Virus record (IMG/VR): IMGVR_UViG_3300036778_000042
Span: 1-39,767 of that record
DNA from: a virus
Taxonomy: Duplodnaviria > Caudoviricetes
Direction: 5' to 3' (one strand)
Length of the DNA stretch: 39,767 bases
The position numbers were made by a program, and so were the translations under genes. The notes under the pieces are model-generated. The model had not been told where the DNA came from. It made no database searches and saw nothing but the letters and a program-made list of their open reading frames with translations. Below, piece after piece: positions 25,829 through 34,075 of this stretch (positions are counted from its first letter, which is position 1; each line of letters starts with the position of its first letter).

Positions 25829-26089
25829 TCAAAAGTCGAACCGGTCGCGCATGATCTGGCTGATGTCCTCAGCCTGAATTTCGTCGCGGCGCTTCTCGAT
25901 CAGTTCTTCAATCGGCTCTAGCCAGCCGTCCGGAATGCTCAGTTCGTTAGCGGCGATCCAGTCCTCGACCTCGCGCAGCTGCGCCGGATACATCGCCCCC
26001 GCGATCCGGTCGGTGATCGTCTCCCACACGTCGGTTTTCTTCGCCCGGTAGGCGGACGGTCGGGTCAGCGCCTCCAGCAGCTTACCCAT
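25829..26089 (-). CDS. Hypothetical protein
   Basis: 86 aa with a GAGG RBS, in the operon. Confidence 0.7.
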   Translation of the reverse strand: MGKLLEALTRPSAYRAKKTDVWETITDRIAGAMYPAQLREVEDWIAANELSIPDGWLEPIEELIEKRRDEIQAEDISQIMRDRFDF

Positions 26090-26348
26090 CGCAAACGTCC
26101 TCTAGTTCGGGATCGTCCGCGATCAGATCATCGTCCTCAGGATCGTCGTCGGGGATCGGCGCCTTGGCGGCGTGTCGGTTGCGCTGCTGGCGCTTCCTGG
26201 CGAGCACCCCGGCGCACCGCTCGCACCACCGGCGAAAGCCGGGTTCGGTCCCGTCGATGATCACCCCGCAGGACCCGCAGACCATGCCGCTCGCTATCAG
26301 GATCGCGCTGTCACCGCCGACCATCGCCCTAGTCCTCAGGCTGATCAT
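26082..26348 (-). CDS. Small zinc-finger-like protein
   Basis: CGSC...CERC and an acidic tail. Confidence 0.6.
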   Translation of the reverse strand: MISLRTRAMVGGDSAILIASGMVCGSCGVIIDGTEPGFRRWCERCAGVLARKRQQRNRHAAKAPIPDDDPEDDDLIADDPELEDVCDG

Positions 26349-26691
26349 TCCACCGCGCCTGCGCTGCTTGGCTGGCGATCTCGCTACGGCGTTCCGGCGT
26401 CAGGCTCGCCGCCCGCGCGTGGCCACCGGCGGACTTTCCGGCCCGCGGCGGCTCATCCAGCAGGTCGCGCACGGTCGGCTTCGGGGTCGGCTGATAGCCG
26501 ACGATTTCCTGCTCTAGGTGCTCGACAATCGCCTGCATCAGGCAGGTCTCGCGTTCGGCTTCGGCTGCGCGCATCCGTCCGCGTTCGACCATCTTCGGGT
26601 AGACCGCATGCCGCATCGCCAGTTCGCGGCGGGCGCAGCCGAGCATGTCGATCAGCCGCAGCGCCATCGCCTCGCGTGAGAACTCAGCCAT
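26329..26691 (-). CDS. Hypothetical phage protein with a C-terminal GG-ARA..L..ERR.EIA..AA.ARW segment
   Basis: 120 aa with a GGAGG RBS; CARRELAMRHAVYP N-domain. Confidence 0.7.
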   Translation of the reverse strand: MAEFSREAMALRLIDMLGCARRELAMRHAVYPKMVERGRMRAAEAERETCLMQAIVEHLEQEIVGYQPTPKPTVRDLLDEPPRAGKSAGGHARAASLTPERRSEIASQAAQARWNDQPED

Positions 26692-27199
26692 TGGCCGCCT
26701 CCAGTTCGATGCTGTGGAGTTCGAGGAACTTGCGCCGCCCGTAGGCTGCGATCAGGCAGGCTTCCGCCCGCCCGTGATGTTTCTTCGCTGGCCAGCGCCC
26801 GGCTTCAGCTGGCCACATGATCGACGCCGCCTTGCGGCTCTCGTCCTTGTCGCCGGTGACGCCCATGGACCGCTTCCAGCCCGCCGGGCTCGCGTCGTGC
26901 AGCGGAATGAAGTTGGCCGCCACGACGCCGCGCAGCTGGCCGTAATTGCGCCCGAAGGCGAAGCTCAGGGTGTTCGCCTCGCCAGGGCGCGGCCATGCGC
27001 TTTCGATCCACGCGTCCACGATCCGGGCGGCGTGTTCATCGATCAGGCCGCCAAGCCGGTATTCGTCCAGTTCGCGCTTGTTCTTCAGCTGGAGGGTTGG
27101 AACGTCGAACACGTCCGCCAGGGCGCCGGTGTGCAGGTCCACGAACGCCAGGGCGCCGTCTAGACCGGGGTCGATGCCGAGGATCAGGTTCGCCGTCAT
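26684..27199 (-). CDS. RuvC-like Holliday junction resolvase
   Basis: ILGIDPGLDGALAF, WIE, AFGRNYG, P..WK, HGRAEACLIA; ATG 27199. Confidence 0.88.
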   Translation of the reverse strand: MTANLILGIDPGLDGALAFVDLHTGALADVFDVPTLQLKNKRELDEYRLGGLIDEHAARIVDAWIESAWPRPGEANTLSFAFGRNYGQLRGVVAANFIPLHDASPAGWKRSMGVTGDKDESRKAASIMWPAEAGRWPAKKHHGRAEACLIAAYGRRKFLELHSIELEAANG

Positions 27200-27288
27200 G
27201 GTCGCAGCCCCATCCACACGCCAAGGGAGAACAGCCCTAAGGCGAACAGCGTCAGCACTAGCCAGCCGGTCGGACTGAGATACCGCAC
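27196..27288 (-). CDS. 30-aa single-TM peptide
   Basis: GTG start 2 nt after the Cro-like stop; ATGA overlap with the resolvase gene; hydrophobic WLVLTLFALGLFSLGVWM. Confidence 0.5.
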   Translation of the reverse strand: MRYLSPTGWLVLTLFALGLFSLGVWMGLRP

Positions 27289-27290
27289 GG

Positions 27291-27512
27291 TCAGACCGCC
27301 ACCGGGCGCCGCTTTGGGTGCGTCGCAACGTGGGTGGCGAGTTCGTCCAGTGAACAAACCCCTTGGTCCGCTAGTGCTCGCCAGTATTGGGCCGGGATAT
27401 TGTCCCGCAAAATCCACGACCGAACAGTCTGGACCTTGCCTTCCCAATGCAATCGCTGATGCACCGCTTGATAACCACCAGCATCTAGAATGATTTGGGC
27501 GTGGCTGCGCAT
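27291..27512 (-). CDS. Cro/YdaS-like HTH protein
   Basis: 73 aa, II..AGG..AV...L...VQTVRSW..RDNIP..YW; first gene of the replication arm. Confidence 0.75.
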   Translation of the reverse strand: MRSHAQIILDAGGYQAVHQRLHWEGKVQTVRSWILRDNIPAQYWRALADQGVCSLDELATHVATHPKRRPVAV

Positions 27513-27937
27513 AACGGCGAATGCTTCCGCCGTGCGAACTGAATTAGCAAGAGGAAAATTAACCCTTCGCGATCACACCCACTCTGCTACGAACTGCACA
27601 ACTGTACGCAATTGACCGTAATAGTCCGCAAGCGTCCGTGTTGGTTTCTGTTGTCGGGTGTTTCCCTGAGTATCTTCAGGGGGTTACTGGTCAGGCTAAA
27701 CCTACGATCACCAAAACGTGCGCACTGTTCGTAAAAGTGCGTAATCGTTCGCGGATCGCCATAAGCCTTTGTCTTTGTTGTGCAACCTGAACAAGCCAAG
27801 CCAAGCTTGTTACCGTTCGTGAACGGGACAAACTGGAACGGCCAGCGGTAGAACCAACCGCAATAGCTGTCTTTGCACGCACCGTTTCAGTCGTCCGGTG
27901 CTCATACAGCAACGACAACTCTGCATGGAGCGCCACT
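27513..27937. promoter_or_regulatory. Divergent control region (lower GC, no repressor gene)
   Basis: Strand switch point; inverted repeat ACGGCG-N8-CGCCGT (27514-27533) next to the Cro-like start codon; several hairpins. Confidence 0.6.
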
Positions 27938-28153
27938 ATGCTTGTCGTTGAGGACCGCCCGTTTTACGTGGTCTGGAACATGCGCGGGAAAAAGCCACGC
28001 GTCCGCCACGCGAGCGCGACCCTGGCCGTGGCGGAAGCCACCCGGTTAGCGCGGAAGGAAGCTGGCGAAACCTTCGTCGTGCTCGCCGCCCTGGCCAGCT
28101 TCCGCGACGAACCGGACGGGGGGGTCCTTTGTGGGTCTACGTTCCCCCGCTGA
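27938..28153 (+). CDS. Conserved phage hypothetical protein
   Basis: FYVVWN..G..P...H.S...A..EA.RLA....GETFVVL pattern; GGAG RBS. Confidence 0.75.
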   Translation: MLVVEDRPFYVVWNMRGKKPRVRHASATLAVAEATRLARKEAGETFVVLAALASFRDEPDGGVLCGSTFPR

Positions 28154-29319
28154 CGACCTCACCGCCATCAGCCTTTGCACCGGCGGCGGCGCCCTCGACC
28201 TTGCGCTTGAACTCGCAATTCCGGCGCTTCGTCCGATCCTCTACGTGGAGAGGGAAGCCTTCGCGTGCGCGACTTTGGTCCAAGCGATGGAAGCGGCTTA
28301 TCTGGCTGCGGCGCCTCTATGGAGCGATGCCCGAACCGTCCCTGGCCGACGCTTTCGTGGATGCGTGGACCTCGTATTTGGCGGTATCCCGTGCCAGCCG
28401 CATAGCGAGGCCGGACCCGCGCGCGGCGCCGACGACGACCGCGACCTTTGGGCCGCCGCCAGGCGGGTTGTCGTCCAGTCCGGCGCATGGGCCGTGTTCA
28501 TCGAAAACGTCGGCGGAATGCTGCACACCGGCGGCGCCGAACGGGTTCACCGAGAGTTACGGCGATTGGGTTTCAAGGTTGCGGGCGGACTTTTCACGGC
28601 GTCAGAAGTCGGCGCCTCTCACGAACGGGAACGGCTGTTCATTCTCGCCGTCAACGACGCGCTGGCCGACGCCCACGACGCGGGACGAGCGCAGCGTCTA
28701 CGCCTCGCCCGAGACGCATCAGAAGAACGCCCGACCCCTGAGCGAGACGGCGGGACGATGGGCGACCCCGAAGGCGAGCCAAGCCGGACCCGACTTCGCC
28801 AAGCTCGCGCGGTCGTCAACGGGCGTGGCGCTGGCGGCGCAGGCGAACCTTTGGGCGACCCCGCTAGCCTCCAGCGGCGACAAGGGCGGCCCGGCGCAGG
28901 CGTTCGGCCAGGGCGGCGGGACGCCGCTAGCAGCGCAGGCGAGCCGATGGGCGACGCCTACGGTGGCGGATACCGAGGGGGGTCGGGCGAACCGGTCGGG
29001 GGATCGCAGCGGCGAGCTTCTGATCCGTGGACAGGCCCTTCAGCTGCATTCCCGCCAGGACCCGATGACCTCGCCGGATGGCGCGACACCCTTGCGATCT
29101 GGCCTCATCTTGAACCCGTTGTTCGTCGAAACCCTGATGGGTTGGCCGCCAGGGCTGAGCGGGCTCGCCATTGGCCATCACACGCCCGCGCCCTGCGCAT
29201 GGACCGGCTGCGCCTGCTCGGCGGTGGCGTGGTTCCGCTGGAGGCGGCTTTCGCGTTCCGCACTCTCGCGTCTGAGCTTGCCCGAACCTCTACCGGTGCA
29301 GCTGGACTTGTTCGGATGA
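28129..29319 (+). CDS. Overlapping alternative-frame MTase partner (TRD-like W(P/A)TP repeats plus motif IX-like segment)
   Basis: Second frame open for 396 codons; four WxTP repeats at 28663, 28759, 28852 and 28948, and LNPLFVETLMGWP. The true start is unknown and may be internal. Confidence 0.65.
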   Translation: MWVYVPPLTTSPPSAFAPAAAPSTLRLNSQFRRFVRSSTWRGKPSRARLWSKRWKRLIWLRRLYGAMPEPSLADAFVDAWTSYLAVSRASRIARPDPRAAPTTTATFGPPPGGLSSSPAHGPCSSKTSAECCTPAAPNGFTESYGDWVSRLRADFSRRQKSAPLTNGNGCSFSPSTTRWPTPTTRDERSVYASPETHQKNARPLSETAGRWATPKASQAGPDFAKLARSSTGVALAAQANLWATPLASSGDKGGPAQAFGQGGGTPLAAQASRWATPTVADTEGGRANRSGDRSGELLIRGQALQLHSRQDPMTSPDGATPLRSGLILNPLFVETLMGWPPGLSGLAIGHHTPAPCAWTGCACSAVAWFRWRRLSRSALSRLSLPEPLPVQLDLFG

Positions 29320-29327
29320 GCGGCTGA
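28131..29327 (+). CDS. DNA (cytosine-5) methyltransferase, catalytic frame (motifs I-VIII and X)
   Basis: SLCTGGG (I), GGIPCQ (IV), ENV (VI), HERERLF (VIII), DRLRLLGGGVVP (X). Confidence 0.88.
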   Translation: MGLRSPADDLTAISLCTGGGALDLALELAIPALRPILYVEREAFACATLVQAMEAAYLAAAPLWSDARTVPGRRFRGCVDLVFGGIPCQPHSEAGPARGADDDRDLWAAARRVVVQSGAWAVFIENVGGMLHTGGAERVHRELRRLGFKVAGGLFTASEVGASHERERLFILAVNDALADAHDAGRAQRLRLARDASEERPTPERDGGTMGDPEGEPSRTRLRQARAVVNGRGAGGAGEPLGDPASLQRRQGRPGAGVRPGRRDAASSAGEPMGDAYGGGYRGGSGEPVGGSQRRASDPWTGPSAAFPPGPDDLAGWRDTLAIWPHLEPVVRRNPDGLAARAERARHWPSHARALRMDRLRLLGGGVVPLEAAFAFRTLASELARTSTGAAGLVRMSG

Positions 29328-29341
29328 TTGGAGAAGCCAGA

Positions 29342-29524
29342 ATGAACGTCCCCTTTGAAGACGACGACGAACCCGTAAACGAAGCACTCGTCCAGTCTGT
29401 CGAACGCCTGATGGCCGGTATGCCGCTCGCCGTACTCGAAAACATTATGGAGCTTTGGGGTCACGAAGACCCTAAGGCGTCCGCGCTCGGCTTCAGGACT
29501 TACGTCAGCAGAAAGAACAACTGA
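29342..29524 (+). CDS. Hypothetical protein
   Basis: 60 aa with a GGAG RBS; TGATG coupling. Confidence 0.65.
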   Translation: MNVPFEDDDEPVNEALVQSVERLMAGMPLAVLENIMELWGHEDPKASALGFRTYVSRKNN

Positions 29525-29673
29525 TGGCCAAGCCCTTGATGCACTCGCCTGCTGGCGCCGGGATCGCGATCTGCGGCCAGCGGATCACCGCCAGGAACTG
29601 GACGGGCGATCCGGACGGGACGACCTGTCCCGCATGCCGTCGCGGCCTAGGCTTGAAGCCGTTGAAGTCATGA
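29524..29673 (+). CDS. Small zinc-finger-like protein
   Basis: 49 aa, MAKPLMH...CGQ...CPAC; coupled at both ends; not in the ORF track. Confidence 0.55.
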   Translation: MAKPLMHSPAGAGIAICGQRITARNWTGDPDGTTCPACRRGLGLKPLKS

Positions 29674-29996
29674 CCCTGCCCGTCGTCTTCATCCCGCGAA
29701 CCATCCCGGCCCTGCGCGCCCGGCTGCATGTAATCGCTAGCGAACTGTTGGCGCGAGGTCTGCCTTTACTTAGCTATGAACTACACTGCATTGCCGAGGA
29801 AACGCGCCGCCGGCCCTACAAGCGTGCGGCGAAACCGCGCGCTCAAAAGTTGACCCCAAGGCTGAAAGCCAGGATCGCAGCGTACAAGCGTGAGCATCCC
29901 GACGCCCACCAAGAGTTTGACATTGCGCCGTTATTTAAAGTCGCCGGTGGCCGGATCACGGATAGCGTGCGCGGAAAGCGAGGCGAGGCTCCATGA
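29670..29996 (+). CDS. Hypothetical DNA-binding protein (C-terminal HTH-like segment)
   Basis: 108 aa from ATG 29670; basic linker, then HPDAHQEFDIAPLFKVAGGRITDSVRG. Confidence 0.6.
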   Translation: MTLPVVFIPRTIPALRARLHVIASELLARGLPLLSYELHCIAEETRRRPYKRAAKPRAQKLTPRLKARIAAYKREHPDAHQEFDIAPLFKVAGGRITDSVRGKRGEAP

Positions 29997-30053
29997 CTTT
30001 ACGTTGTAAACCCCGGACGGGCATTGACACGATTTGAACCGATAGGTGACAAA

Positions 30054-30302
30054 GTGCACACAAAAGATAAGCTAGCAGAGGCGCTAACAGAGGCCGGGTT
30101 GGTGGAAATGGCTGAAAAAGCAAGGGCCGGATACTACCACGATTTCATGTCGCCGCTGGCATTGCCTGCGTTACAACTTGCCGACGACCTCGCTCGAAAA
30201 GCAACGCCGGAAGCTCTGGCGATCCGGGTTCGCCACATCAACGGCGAGTTCGATGCGGCGCCGGATGAGTTCGGCCCTGACGGTGGCGCCGATGCGCGCT
30301 GA
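30054..30302 (+). CDS. Hypothetical phage protein
   Basis: TKDKLAEAL..AGL..MA.KA..GYYHDF.SPL pattern; GTG 30054. Confidence 0.65.
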   Translation: MHTKDKLAEALTEAGLVEMAEKARAGYYHDFMSPLALPALQLADDLARKATPEALAIRVRHINGEFDAAPDEFGPDGGADAR

Positions 30303-30927
30303 CCTTCCGCCCGCGCCCCTCGCGATGCAGGCGCGTCCCCTCGATCCGCGCGGCTATCCTATTCCGTGGTTCGTCCATATCGACGACCAGGGCGTGGCGG
30401 ACTTCCGGATCATCGGCGTGAACAAGGTCAACCTCGCCGTCCGCCGGAACCTCTGTTGGCTTTGCGGGCGCCCGATGCGCCGCATGAAGTCCTTCGTTAT
30501 CGGCCCGATGTGCGCCGTGAACCGGATCAGCGCCGAGCCGCCTTCGCACCCCGAATGCGCCGTATTCGCGGCGCGAGCCTGCCCGTTCCTCACCCACCCG
30601 ATGGCCAAGCGCGGCGACAAGCCGGGCGAGTACGAAGACGCGCCAGGGATCATGATCGAACGCAATCCGGGCGTGACGCTCGTTTGGGGCTGTTTGACCT
30701 ATTCCGCTTTCCGCGAGGGGTCCGGCCTCCTGTTCAGGATCGGCAAGCCCGAACGGACGCAATGGTTCGCGAAGGGGCGCCCGGCCACCCGCGACGAAGT
30801 TTTGGAGAGCATCGAAACCGGCTTGCCGTTCCTGCGACAGGTCGCGGAAGCCGAAGGGGCGGAAGCTCTAAGCGAACTTACCGAGGCATGCGCATCAGCC
30901 ATGCGCCTAGTACCGAAGGCTGCTTAA
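30292..30927 (+). CDS. Conserved Cys/His-rich phage protein
   Basis: 211 aa; RGYPIPWFV, CWLCG, GPMCAVNR, EPPSHPEC and ACPFL. Confidence 0.75.
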   Translation: MRADLPPAPLAMQARPLDPRGYPIPWFVHIDDQGVADFRIIGVNKVNLAVRRNLCWLCGRPMRRMKSFVIGPMCAVNRISAEPPSHPECAVFAARACPFLTHPMAKRGDKPGEYEDAPGIMIERNPGVTLVWGCLTYSAFREGSGLLFRIGKPERTQWFAKGRPATRDEVLESIETGLPFLRQVAEAEGAEALSELTEACASAMRLVPKAA

Positions 30928-30946
30928 CCACCAAGGGGAACCATGG

Positions 30947-31318
30947 ATGCCCGCACATCAACAGGAACGCTCATTCGCTCCCAGAAGTCCGTTAGCAAAA
31001 CAAACTATCCAGTCCAGCAAAGCGCGATGGGCCAAACCGCTTCCGCCTGAACATAAGAACTTCATTCCGGCGCAGTCCTGGCTTTCGTATAACTGGTTGG
31101 ACAAAGACCCTGAACTTGATTTCGTCAAATATGCCATCGAACAGAGCGGTTGGACACTTGAGCACATTGAAGCCGAAACTGAAAAGTACGGCCACAAAGT
31201 TTCCAAATACACACTGATCGCTTGGTATTACGGGAGCACGAAGCGCCCGCAGAACGTGACCATGAACACCGTCATGGCGGTGCTCGGATGGGATCGCCCT
31301 TGGGTTCGTCGCGTATGA
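30947..31318 (+). CDS. XRE-like HTH protein
   Basis: SGWTLEHIE...VSKYTLIAWYYGSTKRPQNVTMNTVMAVLG; lower GC than its neighbours. Confidence 0.65.
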   Translation: MPAHQQERSFAPRSPLAKQTIQSSKARWAKPLPPEHKNFIPAQSWLSYNWLDKDPELDFVKYAIEQSGWTLEHIEAETEKYGHKVSKYTLIAWYYGSTKRPQNVTMNTVMAVLGWDRPWVRRV

Positions 31319-32400
31319 CCCGCCCCCCTAAAACCGGAGAACCGCCCTTGAACGAACCCCTGCGCCCGGTCGGCCTCGACCCGGTGACGATGGCCCGCTT
31401 TCTCGTCATGCCCGGCGTCGCTGACCTGCTGGATGCGTTCTCCCGCATCCCGCCCGGTCCGCTGCGGGACAGCGTGATCAGCCACGCCAGGGTCATTGCC
31501 GATCAGTACAGCGGCGCCCCCGCCGAGTACGCCATGCGCGATCCGCTGCTGACCGCCGCGCAGACCGCGCCGGTGGACACGCCGCTGATTGAGGCGCCCC
31601 GCCAGGCGGCTTTGCCGAAGGCGTTTGAAGGCCCGGAAGCCGAGGTCATCCGCCGCCGCAAGCTTGGCCAGCACCCGCAGCAGATCACCGCTGAAATGGG
31701 GAACATCCAGCGCAGCGTCGTGTCCAAGATCATTTACAACGCGACCAAGGCGGGCGTGAAATTCCCGAGCATCCGGGTCGCCAAGGGTCGCCCGATGGAA
31801 CGCAAGGAGTTCGTCACCGACCCGAACCAGCTGACCGGCCAGGGGCTGGCCATGGTCGAACGCGCCGCCGCCAGCCGGGGGCTGAACGTCACGGAATACT
31901 TCCGGCGCAAAGCCCTGACCGTCGAACTGGCCAAGGCGGGCGAGCACTACCCCGCGATCATGCAAAAAACCGGCATGGACCGGAAAACCGTCAGCCTCTG
32001 GCTGAGCAACGCTCGCGCCTCTGGCCAAGACATCCCGTACGTCCCGAGCAGTCACCACGATCTGCGCGAGCCTGAGCCGCAAGCCGAGGACCCGGCGTCG
32101 AACGTCGTGCAGGTCTCCCGGTTCTTCGGACCGATCAGCGCGGTGTCCACGCGTCACCTGCCCATGATCCAGAAGGCCGCCGAACGTCGTCAAATGACGA
32201 CGGAAGCTTATCTCGATCTACAGGAAAGCGTCGTGCGCCAGCGCATGGCGGGGGTCGGCGGCGGCGAAATCGCCGAGCGCACTGGACAGACCGAAATCTT
32301 CGTCAAGGACACCCTGGCCGCCGCCAAACAGCGGGGCGCCGTGTTCCCGAAACTCACGGAACGCCGCCCTTGGGGGTCGAACCGCCTCGCACAGGGATAG
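31315..32400 (+). CDS. Protein with three tandem HTH-like repeats
   Basis: 361 aa from ATG 31315; three units ending A..AG.(F/I)P, each with an HTH-like core. Confidence 0.7.
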   Translation: MTRPPKTGEPPLNEPLRPVGLDPVTMARFLVMPGVADLLDAFSRIPPGPLRDSVISHARVIADQYSGAPAEYAMRDPLLTAAQTAPVDTPLIEAPRQAALPKAFEGPEAEVIRRRKLGQHPQQITAEMGNIQRSVVSKIIYNATKAGVKFPSIRVAKGRPMERKEFVTDPNQLTGQGLAMVERAAASRGLNVTEYFRRKALTVELAKAGEHYPAIMQKTGMDRKTVSLWLSNARASGQDIPYVPSSHHDLREPEPQAEDPASNVVQVSRFFGPISAVSTRHLPMIQKAAERRQMTTEAYLDLQESVVRQRMAGVGGGEIAERTGQTEIFVKDTLAAAKQRGAVFPKLTERRPWGSNRLAQG

Positions 32401-32410
32401 GAGGCTTTAC

Positions 32411-32881
32411 GTGGACGCATTCAGCCAACGCCTGAACTCTGGCGCCACCATGCACGTGCTGGTCAATTTCGAGGCTCCGGAGCCGCCGGGGAAGCCCCGC
32501 TGGCCGAACCTGCTGCTGCTCATCCCTGAGCGATGGCTGAACCGCTGGATGTCCACCATCAACCTCGCCACCGGCTTGATGATCGGCGCCTACCTGTTCG
32601 TCTGGCTGATCGTCGGCGGCTGGCGCTGGACCGCCAGTTTGAACGTGACCTCGAACATCGGCTTCCTGATCGCCACCGGCTGGCTTCCGCTCATGCTGAT
32701 CAACACCGTCCTGAACATCGCTCAGAACGCCCACGCCATCGTGCACGTCGAGACGCAGCAGGCGCTCCTGAAGGCCATCGACGACGATCTGAGCGCCGCC
32801 ATAGCCGAAGCCGTCGCGCACGCCGTCAGCGAAGCCCGTAGGCCCGGCAATCAGCCAATGAAGGGGGCGACGATCCAATGA
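32411..32881 (+). CDS. Membrane protein (two TM segments)
   Basis: Hydrophobic stretches LATGLMIGAYLFVWLIVGGW and IGFLIATGWLPLMLINTVL; GGAGG RBS. Confidence 0.7.
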   Translation: MDAFSQRLNSGATMHVLVNFEAPEPPGKPRWPNLLLLIPERWLNRWMSTINLATGLMIGAYLFVWLIVGGWRWTASLNVTSNIGFLIATGWLPLMLINTVLNIAQNAHAIVHVETQQALLKAIDDDLSAAIAEAVAHAVSEARRPGNQPMKGATIQ

Positions 32882-33138
32882 AGACCGACGACGACGGGAT
32901 CGCCCCGTTTCTTTGGTCGTGGGTGACCCGGATGCACGATGGCCGATGGGTTCAGGTCGGCGCGATGTTCGACGCGATGCACATGCCGCTGACCTTCGTT
33001 GACGAGCACACCGCGACCTCAGGGACCGTTCGGAGCATCGCCCGCCAACACGCACAAGACACCGGCCAGCCGGTGCGGCTCGTTTGCTACGCGAGCCCGG
33101 TGGTGATGGAAGTTTTCGACCCGGAGAAACCGTCATGA
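32878..33138 (+). CDS. Hypothetical protein
   Basis: 86 aa; ATGA overlaps. Confidence 0.65.
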   Translation: MKTDDDGIAPFLWSWVTRMHDGRWVQVGAMFDAMHMPLTFVDEHTATSGTVRSIARQHAQDTGQPVRLVCYASPVVMEVFDPEKPS

Positions 33139-33596
33139 CCCCTGATCGGACCTGCCAGCAATGGGCTGACGAACTGATGACCTATCACGCCAAGTTCTTC
33201 CGCAAGGAGCCGAACGGCGCCATCCCGACCGCCTTCATCATCGAGGACGCGAGCAGCGGCGACTATGGCGTGATCAGCTGCGGGGACATGGAGGACGACT
33301 GTATCCGGGCGGCGCTGTACGACGCGCTGCGCGACCTGCTGAGCGCGCCGGTGATCAATCGGTACGCCTTCATCGGCGAGGTCCACAGCTGCGCGTGTTC
33401 GACCGGCGCGACCTGCGATCAAGTGCTGACGATTGTCTGCGACCGCCGCCTTCCGAAACCGCTCGCCCTGTTTCAGCGGATCATCCGCGACCATGACGGC
33501 GCCGTGCGCGCCCTGTCCGATCCGGAGGAACCGCAGCTGATGGGCGGCCCGGTCGTCGAACTGTTTGAAAGACAAAACCAGGCGAAGCTTCAATGA
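33135..33596 (+). CDS. Hypothetical protein
   Basis: 153 aa from ATG 33135; ATGA overlaps. Confidence 0.65.
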   Translation: MTPDRTCQQWADELMTYHAKFFRKEPNGAIPTAFIIEDASSGDYGVISCGDMEDDCIRAALYDALRDLLSAPVINRYAFIGEVHSCACSTGATCDQVLTIVCDRRLPKPLALFQRIIRDHDGAVRALSDPEEPQLMGGPVVELFERQNQAKLQ

Positions 33597-33880
33597 GCGA
33601 TCCGCTGGAAGGCCGAAGCCTGAGCATGGACGACGTGCGCCGGTATCTGTTCGAGCAGCGCGACCGCTTGCCGATGTTCGTCGTCACCGATCACCCGAGC
33701 GATTGGCCGCACGATTACGTCGCCCGGCTGCACTTCAGCCTGCCCGCGTCCGAGCCGACCGGCTTCGTCATCAAGCATCCTGAACTAGAGCCGCTGCACG
33801 CCGCCCTGAGCGGCCTAGGGCTGGTCCGCACAGACCCGGCCCCTGGCGACGAACCGGTGATCATTGAGGTTTGGCTGTGA
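33593..33880 (+). CDS. Conserved phage hypothetical protein
   Basis: DHPSDWP..YVARLH...GL.R..P.PGD.PVI.EVWL pattern. Confidence 0.7.
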   Translation: MSDPLEGRSLSMDDVRRYLFEQRDRLPMFVVTDHPSDWPHDYVARLHFSLPASEPTGFVIKHPELEPLHAALSGLGLVRTDPAPGDEPVIIEVWL

Positions 33881-34065
33881 ACCCGAGGGAGCGGGAAATT
33901 CATCAACGGATTGCCCAGCTGCTGCGCGATGCGTGGCAATTGGACGTGCGCTTACCACCGACGATCCACGCCATTGAAGCGCGGGGACTGGACGCGACCC
34001 CGCTGCGCGAACTCCAGCAGGAATTGAAGATGCTGTTGCGAAAGGCGCCTTACGAACAGGCGTGA
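33877..34065 (+). CDS. Hypothetical protein
   Basis: 62 aa from GTG 33877; GTGA overlap. Confidence 0.5.
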   Translation: MNPREREIHQRIAQLLRDAWQLDVRLPPTIHAIEARGLDATPLRELQQELKMLLRKAPYEQA

Positions 34066-34075
34066 GAGTATCGCT

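Noticed and set aside
27587-27936. Minus-strand ORFs of 70 and 81 aa as a possible repressor
   Set aside because: No HTH pattern, atypical codon use and no clear RBS.
28663-28960. WxTP repeats as a CRISPR array or DGR repeat pair
   Set aside because: Similarity is at the protein level with degenerate DNA, and there is no cas or reverse transcriptase gene in the genome.
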